Origin: an uncultured Legionellales bacterium
GTDB lineage: Bacteria; Pseudomonadota; Gammaproteobacteria; UBA1113
DNA: 42,985 bases
Reading direction: 5' to 3'
NCBI GenBank assembly: GCA_964621215.1
Contig: CAZULF010000003.1
Location: 1-42,985, forward strand
Below, piece after piece: positions 1-7,092 of the stretch. The notes below the pieces were generated by a model. It saw nothing but the letters and a program-made list of their open reading frames with translations. It had not been told where the DNA came from and ran no database searches. The translations under genes were made by a program, and so were the position numbers. Each line of letters begins with the position of its first letter. Positions within the stretch are counted from its first letter, which is position 1.

Positions 1-2
1 CA

Positions 3-1166
3 ATGCATATTCCGGTGTCATTAGCTTTGTTTGATCATGAAGGAAGAAAAGTTGTAGCCGATACGTTGATTGAGTTAACAGATACATCACAAACGATCCT
101 ATTTGAAAATATGCCTAGCAAGCCAGTGCCATCATTATTACGTAATTTCTCAGCACCGGTTAAGTTAAATTATAACTACACCACTGATGAGCTATATACT
201 TTGCTGCATCACGATGATGACGCATTCAATCGTTGGGACGCGGGACAAAAGCTAGCTTATGCAATAATCGATGAGTTAATTGCTTCTTATAATACGCAAC
301 AACGTTATCACTTAGATGAGCGTTATCCGCAAGCTTTATTACACTTATTAAAGCAATCTCAAGCAGACCCTGCTTTGGTAGCACGTATTTTGCAATTACC
401 CACACCGCAACAAATAGCAGAACGTTATACTAGGGATATTCCTGTTGAAGCCATAGTTATTGCACATCACACCTTGCGAGAAACATTAGCTCTTCGCCTA
501 TATGAGGCATTATCAGAAAAATATATTGCCTTATCGCATGAAAAATTAATGGATTATAATGCTAATGCCGCAGGCGTGAGACAATTACAAAATACGTGTT
601 TATATTATATGGTTCACTCCAATAATGAAGAAGGAATGACACAAGCTATTGCGCAATATCATGAAGCCGATAATATGACAAACCGCTTAGCCGCACTCAG
701 TGTTATTGCTAATCGAGAGCACCCTACCCGTCAATTATTACTTGATGATTTTTATTCGCGTTGGCAACAAGATGACTTGGTACTGGATAAATGGTTTGGG
801 TTACAATCTACATCCGAGTTACCCAGTACTTTAGATACCATCAAAGATTTATTAAAACATTCCAGTTTTTCATATAAAAATCCCAATAAAGTACGCGCGT
901 TGATTGGGGCCTTTGCGATGTATAATTTCGAACATTTTCATGGCATGGATGGAATGGGATATTTATTTTTAGCCGAGCAAGTACGTATTATCGATCGTAT
1001 TAATCCGCAAATTGCGGCACGGTTGGTCACACCATTGACCTACTGGCAACCACAACAACCCTTACGACAAGATCTCATGCAACAAGCTTTGCAATCAATT
1101 TTGGATGAAAAACAGTTGTCTGCTAATGTGTATGAAATTGTGAGTAAGGCACTGAAGGGACTTTAA
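3..1166 (+). CDS. pepN: Aminopeptidase N, C-terminal part (5' end lies outside the window)
   Basis: ORF is open from the window edge. Translation matches the PepN C-terminal helical domain (DAFNRWDAGQ, DKWFGLQS, NPNKVRALIGAF, NPQIAARL), collinear with E. coli PepN. Confidence 0.93.
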   Translation: MHIPVSLALFDHEGRKVVADTLIELTDTSQTILFENMPSKPVPSLLRNFSAPVKLNYNYTTDELYTLLHHDDDAFNRWDAGQKLAYAIIDELIASYNTQQRYHLDERYPQALLHLLKQSQADPALVARILQLPTPQQIAERYTRDIPVEAIVIAHHTLRETLALRLYEALSEKYIALSHEKLMDYNANAAGVRQLQNTCLYYMVHSNNEEGMTQAIAQYHEADNMTNRLAALSVIANREHPTRQLLLDDFYSRWQQDDLVLDKWFGLQSTSELPSTLDTIKDLLKHSSFSYKNPNKVRALIGAFAMYNFEHFHGMDGMGYLFLAEQVRIIDRINPQIAARLVTPLTYWQPQQPLRQDLMQQALQSILDEKQLSANVYEIVSKALKGL

Positions 1167-2465
1167 ATGAAAAACTCATCCACCTACCTACGTATAATGC
1201 CTTACCTCGTCTGTTCCCTCGCTGCATTATTTTACGTATACGATTATTTCATTCAAGTTTCACCCGCTGTTATCACCCATCAATTGATGGCCGCGTTTAA
1301 CATTGGTGCCGGTGGATTAAGCTTATTGGGCGCCTGCTTCTTTTACGCTTATGCCACCATGCAAATTCCTGCTGGACTATTATTGGATCGCTTCGGTGCT
1401 CGGAAATTATTATCCCTTGCAATTTTAATCAGCGGACTAGGTGTCATTTTATTTGGATTAACTTCTAGCTTTGCCGTTGCTGGTTTAGCACGTTTTATGA
1501 TCGGCTTCGGATCGGCGTTTGCTTTCATCAGTACTTTATTTTTAGCATCGCATTGGTTTGCTCATCGTCATTTCACTTTAATTGCTGGTTTAGTTCAATT
1601 CGCCGGTTGTACCGGTTCTATTATGGGTGAAGCTCCGTTAGCACATGTGATTAATGCTTATGGTTGGCGTCCTACGTTAATCATCACTGGATTGATGACG
1701 CTTTTATTGGCCGGTTTATATTGGTTAATTATCCGTGATTACCGTCCAGGAACTGTGGTTCCTCCCGCCCCTAAAATTGGCATAACTCACGAGTGGCATA
1801 CATTAAAACAAGTTTTAAGCATTCCTCAAGTTTGGTGGATTGCATTATGTGGTTTCTTTTGCTGGGTACCTGTTGCTACGTTAGGGGCATTATGGGGCGT
1901 GCCCTATTTGATGAAAGTGTATAATTGGACAAATACTCAAGCCGCGGGTTTTTGCTCATTATTCTGGATAGCGCTGGGTATCAGCAGTCCTCTTATTGGT
2001 TGGTGGTCTGATCGCATTAAAAACCGACGCTTGCCTTGCCATTTATGTTTTCTCGCCGGTTTAACAGGCGGCATTATGATTATTTTTGCCGATGATTTAC
2101 CCGTTGCTGCCATGGCTTTGGCGTTAATATTATTAGGTATTTCCTGTGCTGTACAATCTCTTACGTTTGGCATTATTAAAGATATTCTTCCCCCTTCTAT
2201 TTTCGGCACAGCGTCGGGTTTCGTCAATATGATGGCCATTACTGCTGGCGGTATTTCACAACAAATCGTTGGCCTAATGCTAGCCATCACCTGGGGACAT
2301 GAAATGCTGAATGGCATACCCGTTTATAGTATAGAAAATTATCAGGTTGCGATTTTAGTCCTACCCATCGCCGCGTTGATAGGCTTAGGCATCAGCTGGT
2401 TCAAACTTAAGGAAACCCACTGCGAATTACGATACCCAGAGATCGAGGTGAGCTCTCTCGTGTAA
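1167..2465 (+). CDS. MFS-family transporter
   Basis: 432-aa highly hydrophobic ORF with many TM-like segments and an MFS-like loop (LLDRFGARK). ATG lies immediately after the pepN stop. Confidence 0.8.
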   Translation: MKNSSTYLRIMPYLVCSLAALFYVYDYFIQVSPAVITHQLMAAFNIGAGGLSLLGACFFYAYATMQIPAGLLLDRFGARKLLSLAILISGLGVILFGLTSSFAVAGLARFMIGFGSAFAFISTLFLASHWFAHRHFTLIAGLVQFAGCTGSIMGEAPLAHVINAYGWRPTLIITGLMTLLLAGLYWLIIRDYRPGTVVPPAPKIGITHEWHTLKQVLSIPQVWWIALCGFFCWVPVATLGALWGVPYLMKVYNWTNTQAAGFCSLFWIALGISSPLIGWWSDRIKNRRLPCHLCFLAGLTGGIMIIFADDLPVAAMALALILLGISCAVQSLTFGIIKDILPPSIFGTASGFVNMMAITAGGISQQIVGLMLAITWGHEMLNGIPVYSIENYQVAILVLPIAALIGLGISWFKLKETHCELRYPEIEVSSLV

Positions 2466-2477
2466 TCCCAAAAAAAC

Positions 2478-2506
2478 CTTGACACTAACGAGGGCATTGT
2501 AGATAA
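2478..2506 (+). promoter_or_regulatory. Sigma70-type promoter for the tRNA-Arg cluster
   Basis: TTGACA (2478-2483), 17-nt spacer, GATAAT (2501-2506), followed by a GC-rich discriminator gcgcac. It sits 17 nt upstream of the first tRNA-like gene. Confidence 0.6.
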
Positions 2507-2522
2507 TGCGCACTCTCTTTAC

Positions 2523-2667
2523 GCGCCCGTAGCTCAGCTGGATAGAGTACCTGGCTACGAACCAGGGGGTCGGGAGTCGACAAAACGGCAGGATTGCCGT
2601 TTTGGACGGCCGAAGGCCGGGCGAAGCCCGAGGCACATGGATGTGCCGAGTCAATCTCTCCGGGCGG
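2523..2667 (+). pseudogene. tRNA-Arg(ACG) copy interrupted by a 73-nt insertion in the T-loop
   Basis: Positions 2523-2577 are identical (55/55) to the 5' part of the intact tRNA at 2716-2792. The insert spans 2578-2650. The T-arm and acceptor 3' strand resume at 2651-2667 with changes (one T-loop G missing, G at position 72, no CCA). Confidence 0.7.
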
Positions 2668-2715
2668 TGGACCAGTTTAGTTTGAATGTGAATCGTAGTG
2701 TTAGTTGTTTTTTAT

Positions 2716-2792
2716 GCGCCCGTAGCTCAGCTGGATAGAGTACCTGGCTACGAACCAGGGGGTCGGGAGTTCGAATCTCTCCGGGCGCGCCA
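2716..2792 (+). tRNA. tRNA-Arg (anticodon ACG)
   Basis: 77-nt cloverleaf read by hand: acceptor GCGCCCG/CGGGCGC, anticodon stem CCTGG/CCAGG with loop CTACGAA, T-arm GGGAG-TTCGAAT-CTCTC, encoded CCA. Close to E. coli tRNA-Arg(ACG). Confidence 0.95.
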
Positions 2793-2819
2793 TTTTCTCA
2801 TTATTCACCCCCCTCTTAC

Positions 2820-2896
2820 GCGCCTGTAGCTCAGTTGGATAGAGTACCTGGCTTCGAACCAGGTGGTCGGGAGTTCGAGCCTCTCCAGGCGCGCCA
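2820..2896 (+). tRNA. tRNA-Arg (anticodon UCG)
   Basis: 77-nt cloverleaf: acceptor GCGCCTG/CAGGCGC, anticodon loop CTTCGAA (TCG), T-arm GGGAG-TTCGAGC-CTCTC, encoded CCA. Confidence 0.92.
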
Positions 2897-2900
2897 TTCA

Positions 2901-2942
2901 TCCGAATCTCTCGCGAGAACTCCCGAAGGGACAGCCGCGCCA
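2901..2942 (+). other. Fragment resembling a tRNA-Arg 3' end (T-loop/T-stem plus acceptor-CCA) with a small hairpin insertion
   Basis: tccgaatctctc ... cgcgcca resembles ttcgaatctctccgggcgcgcca of the intact tRNA. It is split by about 23 nt containing a ccc-gaa-ggg hairpin. Confidence 0.4.
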
Positions 2943-2946
2943 TTTC

Positions 2947-3183
2947 TTATTTTTTAAAACTGCTACCGCTGTAATTTGTCGCCGGCACTGTTTCCATCTG
3001 AGTAGCACTTACACAAAGACCACTTACTATTCCCGCGATTAACAAGGGATTTTCATAAGCAAATGCGGCAAACGCAGCTGCTACATTACCTGCATCCTTA
3101 ACTAGCTCTCCCGCGGTGGGTATATAACTAAAAAAGCCTGTATTTGGACGTATATTAGAAAAAAATAACGATTTTGCTGGCAT
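2947..3183 (-). CDS. Small hypothetical protein (78 aa, Ala/Gly-rich hydrophobic core)
   Basis: ORF with an AGGA-like sequence about 9 nt upstream of the ATG. No recognisable family. Confidence 0.35.
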   Translation of the reverse strand: MPAKSLFFSNIRPNTGFFSYIPTAGELVKDAGNVAAAFAAFAYENPLLIAGIVSGLCVSATQMETVPATNYSGSSFKK

Positions 3184-3296
3184 TGTTGTTTTCCTTTATG
3201 AGTGATATTTAGTCACATTAGGATAGCTAAAGATGACCGGTGTGTAAAGACGTTATGCTTTGTTAAATCTATTTTCTACTTTAGTAGAGTAGGACG

Positions 3297-3372
3297 TAGC
3301 CTGGATGCAGCGCAGCGGAATCCGGGATTCTCGAATAGGAAACCCGGATTCCGCTGCGCTGCATCCAGGCTA
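3297..3372. repeat. Palindromic element family A (perfect 30-bp inverted arms, 16-nt loop)
   Basis: tagcctggatgcagcgcagcggaatccggg / cccggattccgctgcgctgcatccaggcta. Related copies lie at 14943-15018 and 20867-21000. Confidence 0.9.
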
Positions 3373-3468
3373 CATCGATTGATAAACATCTAGCCTTTCT
3401 CTCTATTCCCCTTTATAATCAATCTGCAAACTACCTATTTTTGCTAACCAAGGAAGGCATAGGCAAAC

Positions 3469-4218
3469 ATGAATAATCCTATTATTCACATCGAAGGGCT
3501 CACCAAGCGTTACCCGCATGCGGAAGAAAATGCTTTGCGCGGCTTGGATTTATCTGTACAAGCAGGCGAATTTTTTGGTTTGTTAGGTCCCAATGGCAGT
3601 GGAAAAACTACTACTATTTCAATTCTGTGCGGTTTAATTCCTCTCACGAGTGGCCATATCACCATTGCTGGTCATAAAATCCCCGGGCACTTGAATCCTA
3701 TCAAGCCATTAATCGGCCTAGTGCCGCAAGAAATTGCACTTTATCCTAATCTTACCTTCAAAGAAAATTTACAATTTTTTGGCCAACTCTATGGCTTGCG
3801 TGGTGCCTTGTTGAAAAAACAAATAGCAGAATGTATTAAAATTGCTGGCCTTGAAGGTTTCTTAGATAAAACGATAAAAACGTATTCTGGCGGCATGAAG
3901 CGACGAGCAAATTTAGCAGCAGGTTTATTGCATCAACCAAAAATTTTATTTTTAGATGAACCGACCGTTAATGTTGATCCGCAATCACGTAATGTGATTT
4001 TTGATATTTTGCAACAGATCAATCAAGCCGGCACCACTATTATTTATACCACTCATTATTTGGAAGAAGCACAACAATTCTGTGACCGCGTTGCAATTAT
4101 GGATCAAGGCAAAGTCTTGTGCCAAGATACACCGAAAAATCTGATTGCGAGAACGCCGGATTGTTATGATTTAGGTGAAGTATTTTTAAGTTTAACCGGG
4201 CGGCATTTACGGGATTGA
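3469..4218 (+). CDS. ABC transporter ATP-binding protein (ABC-2 exporter type)
   Basis: Walker A GPNGSGKT, signature YSGGMKRR, Walker B ILFLDEP. RBS AAGGAAGG lies upstream. Confidence 0.92.
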   Translation: MNNPIIHIEGLTKRYPHAEENALRGLDLSVQAGEFFGLLGPNGSGKTTTISILCGLIPLTSGHITIAGHKIPGHLNPIKPLIGLVPQEIALYPNLTFKENLQFFGQLYGLRGALLKKQIAECIKIAGLEGFLDKTIKTYSGGMKRRANLAAGLLHQPKILFLDEPTVNVDPQSRNVIFDILQQINQAGTTIIYTTHYLEEAQQFCDRVAIMDQGKVLCQDTPKNLIARTPDCYDLGEVFLSLTGRHLRD

Positions 4219-4225
4219 TTTGACT

Positions 4226-4250
4226 GGATGCCAGCCTTCGCTGGCATGAC
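4226..4250. repeat. Palindromic element family C, single unit (hairpin atgccagc-cttc-gctggcat)
   Basis: ggatgccagccttcgctggcatgac lies between the ABC ATPase and permease genes. Related copies lie at 8664-8854 and 19396-19457. Confidence 0.85.
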
Positions 4251-4274
4251 AAAGTTGGGATGAGATGAAGATAT

Positions 4275-5498
4275 ATGAAAATAGTAGCTGCGATCAAAAA
4301 AGAATGGATTTTACTTTGGCGCGACAAAATTGGGCTGGTGATTTTATTTCTTTTGCCTATGTGTTTAGTTTTATTTATTAGTTTAACCTCAACCGATCAT
4401 GGTGATAACAAACCATTAAATAAGCTTAATATTCTAGTGTTGGATCACGATCATCAAGCAGTAGGCACCAGTTATAAAAAAGCATTAGAAAAAGTTTCAT
4501 TATTCAACGTCGTTGCTCCTTCTGAAAACATACACACTGTAGAAGAAGCAAAAACAGCTATTCGTAACCATGAATATCAAGCCGCACTGGTCATTCCTGC
4601 AAAATCCACGCAAAAAATGAATACCTATTTACAATCCAAAATGATGCGATCAAAATCTAAAGCCAAAGCTCCTGATAGCATTCAATTATATTTAGATTCG
4701 GGTATGCAATTACAAGTACAAAACACTGTTATTTCAACGGTGAACCTCATTACCAGTCAGCTGGAAACCGCGACTGTCTCTGCCATGCTTGGAAAAGCCA
4801 TACATCAACCTCGCTTTAGTTTAGAACCTAATTTTATCGATGTGTCCACTGACTATGTTAGTTTGACTGATGGAGGTAAACCCGCCAATAGCGTGCAATA
4901 TAACGTTCCTGCATGGACGTTATTTGGTATGTTTTTCATTGTGATTCCTTTAGCGGGTGTGATGGTGCGCGAACGCGAATTAGGAGTGCACCAACGTTTA
5001 GAAATCGCACCGGTATGGCATTTGAATCTCATGTTAGGCCGCATCATTGCTTTTGTAGGATTAAATCTAATTCAATTATGGTTAATGCTAGCAGTCGGTG
5101 TTTATATTTTACCGTTATTCGATATGCCAGTATTAGAAATCTCGCATCATGTCGGATTAATATTTGCCACCGGCATTTGTGCTTCGCTTGCCGCTACTGG
5201 CTTCGGATTGTTGATCGGTACGTGGGCTTCAACCTATGAACAAGCCACTGTAATAGGACCCTTTATCATCGTTATCGCTGCCGCCATCGGCGGCATCATG
5301 GCTCCCATCGATCTGATGCCACATTTCTTACAAACCCTCAGCGGTTACTCTCCTCTCAACTGGGCACAAACCGCCTTCGTTGATATCTTCGCTCGCAATG
5401 CGGATTTGCGTCAAATCATGCCCGAATTACTCAAGTTGCTAGGCTTCTTTGTTCTAATGCTTGGCTTGTCGTTGCTGAAATTGGTTCGGCTACGATAG
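4275..5498 (+). CDS. ABC-2 type transporter permease
   Basis: 407 aa: N-terminal TM, a large loop of about 170 aa, then about 5 C-terminal TM segments. This architecture is typical of ABC-2 permeases. It sits downstream of the ATPase gene. Confidence 0.82.
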   Translation: MKIVAAIKKEWILLWRDKIGLVILFLLPMCLVLFISLTSTDHGDNKPLNKLNILVLDHDHQAVGTSYKKALEKVSLFNVVAPSENIHTVEEAKTAIRNHEYQAALVIPAKSTQKMNTYLQSKMMRSKSKAKAPDSIQLYLDSGMQLQVQNTVISTVNLITSQLETATVSAMLGKAIHQPRFSLEPNFIDVSTDYVSLTDGGKPANSVQYNVPAWTLFGMFFIVIPLAGVMVRERELGVHQRLEIAPVWHLNLMLGRIIAFVGLNLIQLWLMLAVGVYILPLFDMPVLEISHHVGLIFATGICASLAATGFGLLIGTWASTYEQATVIGPFIIVIAAAIGGIMAPIDLMPHFLQTLSGYSPLNWAQTAFVDIFARNADLRQIMPELLKLLGFFVLMLGLSLLKLVRLR

Positions 5499-7011
5499 GT
5501 GCCGAGGGTTCGGGTTGAAAGAAAATAGAAACCGTATGATATTTGTCTTTTTTAGGAGCGGTCGTCTCCATTTCTGTGGACCTGGATGTCTGGCTTTGCT
5601 GATATGACAATTCAGATGTTCCTGATTCACAAACTTCCATACTATCTGATGGTGCAGGTTGTGTTCCCTTCCATTTTGCTATAATCGCTTGATAACGAGT
5701 AATAATAGTATTTATGTCTGGCCGTGCAGCAGGATCTGAACTTAACATCTCTGTAATGAGTGTCGTCATTTCAACTTTAAGCAAATCCAGGTTATCTACT
5801 GACTCTAATCGCTGAAAGAGATGTCGATCTGTTATAGAGTCCTTTCCCTCATGGCAGTAGAGAAAGTTCCAAAGGACTTCTTGATCCGTGTCAGATGGGT
5901 TGGTAAAACTTAGATTATACGTATTTGCTCCTACACGTGCTGTAGGTAAAGTACCCTTCTCGCGAGGCATGAAAAGCATAACGCTTTTTTTAAAAACATT
6001 AAAAGCATCAAGCGCCTCCAGTCCTCCTAATATATAAATGAGGCCTTGGGCTAAGCCATAGATATCTATGGCGTGAGACTGTATCGGCTCTATCTTAAAA
6101 AGGTTTTTAATATAAGCGATTTTCTTTCCGTTAATAGCAAAACACTGACGCGTGACTTCCGGAGCCATATATCCATAGGTTGTCCCTGTCATGGTTGTCT
6201 TCACTTCACCTAACTCATACGCTGAACCCCAATCGCCAATGGACATTCTTTGAAGCAGGGGATCTAAAAAAACATTATCAAGCCGAAGATCGTTATGTAC
6301 AACCCCAGGCAAATATACTTGCTGATAATAAGTCTGCAAATATAATTCACCTAAATCTAAAGCCTCGCTAACAAAAAGGCGAGTTTCTTTTAATAAATGG
6401 TAAATAGAAATACCTGCATAGTGCATAATAAAGCTATCAGTTGGTGGGTTCAGATTATGTAATTTATATAGGGTGGTCTTATAACGTGTGGCTGTTGGCG
6501 ATACCGTACCCATAGCATGTTCTGCTGCTGCAAATTTAGAATAATCTAAATACATTTTTTCGACATATTGGCCGCCATTTTGTTGAATTCGTAAGCCTTG
6601 TTGCTCGTCTAAGATTGCTCTTACTTTGGCGATATTAATTCTAATAAAAGAACTGTCACCATATTTTAATTGCGTAGCTTTTGTATATGAAAAAACATCG
6701 ATTACCGGTTGATCGGGTAAAGTTTTTCTCCCCTGACGTAAAACCAAAACGCATTTCAGACTTTTCGTAGTGGTGTGATATACAATAAGGTGATTATTTT
6801 GGGTGTTTTCCACAAGCTCATAGTTAACAACAGTCTTAGAATCTCGAGAAAAACCTTGTAAAAAATTATAAACATATTGAGCTAAGGGTGGGCTCTGCTT
6901 TAACGTCTTACAAAAATCCTCAAATTCCTGTTTTAAGAATTTTTCTCGTGGTAATTGTTGTTGTTGATAAATTTCAGTTAAGCGAGACCACATAATTTCA
7001 TTTCCCCTCAT
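5431..7011 (-). CDS. Eukaryotic-like Ser/Thr protein kinase domain protein (effector-like)
   Basis: Catalytic loop HNDLRLDN (aa 239-246), DWG in place of DFG (aa 260-262), YMAPE (aa 281-285), DIYGLAQGL, DPAARP. An alternative start at 6993 (Met7) has the better RBS, AGGGGA. Confidence 0.85.
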   Translation of the reverse strand: MRGNEIMWSRLTEIYQQQQLPREKFLKQEFEDFCKTLKQSPPLAQYVYNFLQGFSRDSKTVVNYELVENTQNNHLIVYHTTTKSLKCVLVLRQGRKTLPDQPVIDVFSYTKATQLKYGDSSFIRINIAKVRAILDEQQGLRIQQNGGQYVEKMYLDYSKFAAAEHAMGTVSPTATRYKTTLYKLHNLNPPTDSFIMHYAGISIYHLLKETRLFVSEALDLGELYLQTYYQQVYLPGVVHNDLRLDNVFLDPLLQRMSIGDWGSAYELGEVKTTMTGTTYGYMAPEVTRQCFAINGKKIAYIKNLFKIEPIQSHAIDIYGLAQGLIYILGGLEALDAFNVFKKSVMLFMPREKGTLPTARVGANTYNLSFTNPSDTDQEVLWNFLYCHEGKDSITDRHLFQRLESVDNLDLLKVEMTTLITEMLSSDPAARPDINTIITRYQAIIAKWKGTQPAPSDSMEVCESGTSELSYQQSQTSRSTEMETTAPKKDKYHTVSIFFQPEPSAPIVAEPISATTSQALEQRSLAT

Positions 7012-7092
7012 GTAAGAGTAGGAACTGTTTGTAATTCAACTCTGCTAAGCAGTGCGAAGTGTAAACAATCCCCAGTTATAATATGATTTATT

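Noticed and set aside
2578-2650. Group I or group II intron in the tRNA-Arg copy
   Set aside because: The insert is only 73 nt, far too short for either intron class. It sits in the T-loop rather than the anticodon loop, and no P3-P8-like core or intron ORF is visible.
2427-2943. Track ORFs 2427-2654(-) and 2701-2943(-)
   Set aside because: They run antisense through the tRNA-Arg genes; their translations contain the mirrored tRNA sequence twice (PTPWFVARYSIQLSYGR). They are artefacts of the tRNA repeats.
3202-3393. Track ORFs that read through palindromic elements (3202-3393, 4097-4327, 19309-19518, 24708-25073, 24836-25039, 24868-25068)
   Set aside because: Their open frames are created by the GC-rich repeat arms (peptides such as SRGQAAGRR, CQRRLASS). 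They lack an RBS and overlap better-supported genes or intergenic repeats.
2478-3468. Genomic island or prophage integrated at the tRNA-Arg cluster
   Set aside because: No integrase, excisionase or phage gene follows the tRNAs. Only a 78-aa ORF and a palindromic repeat lie before the ABC transporter operon.
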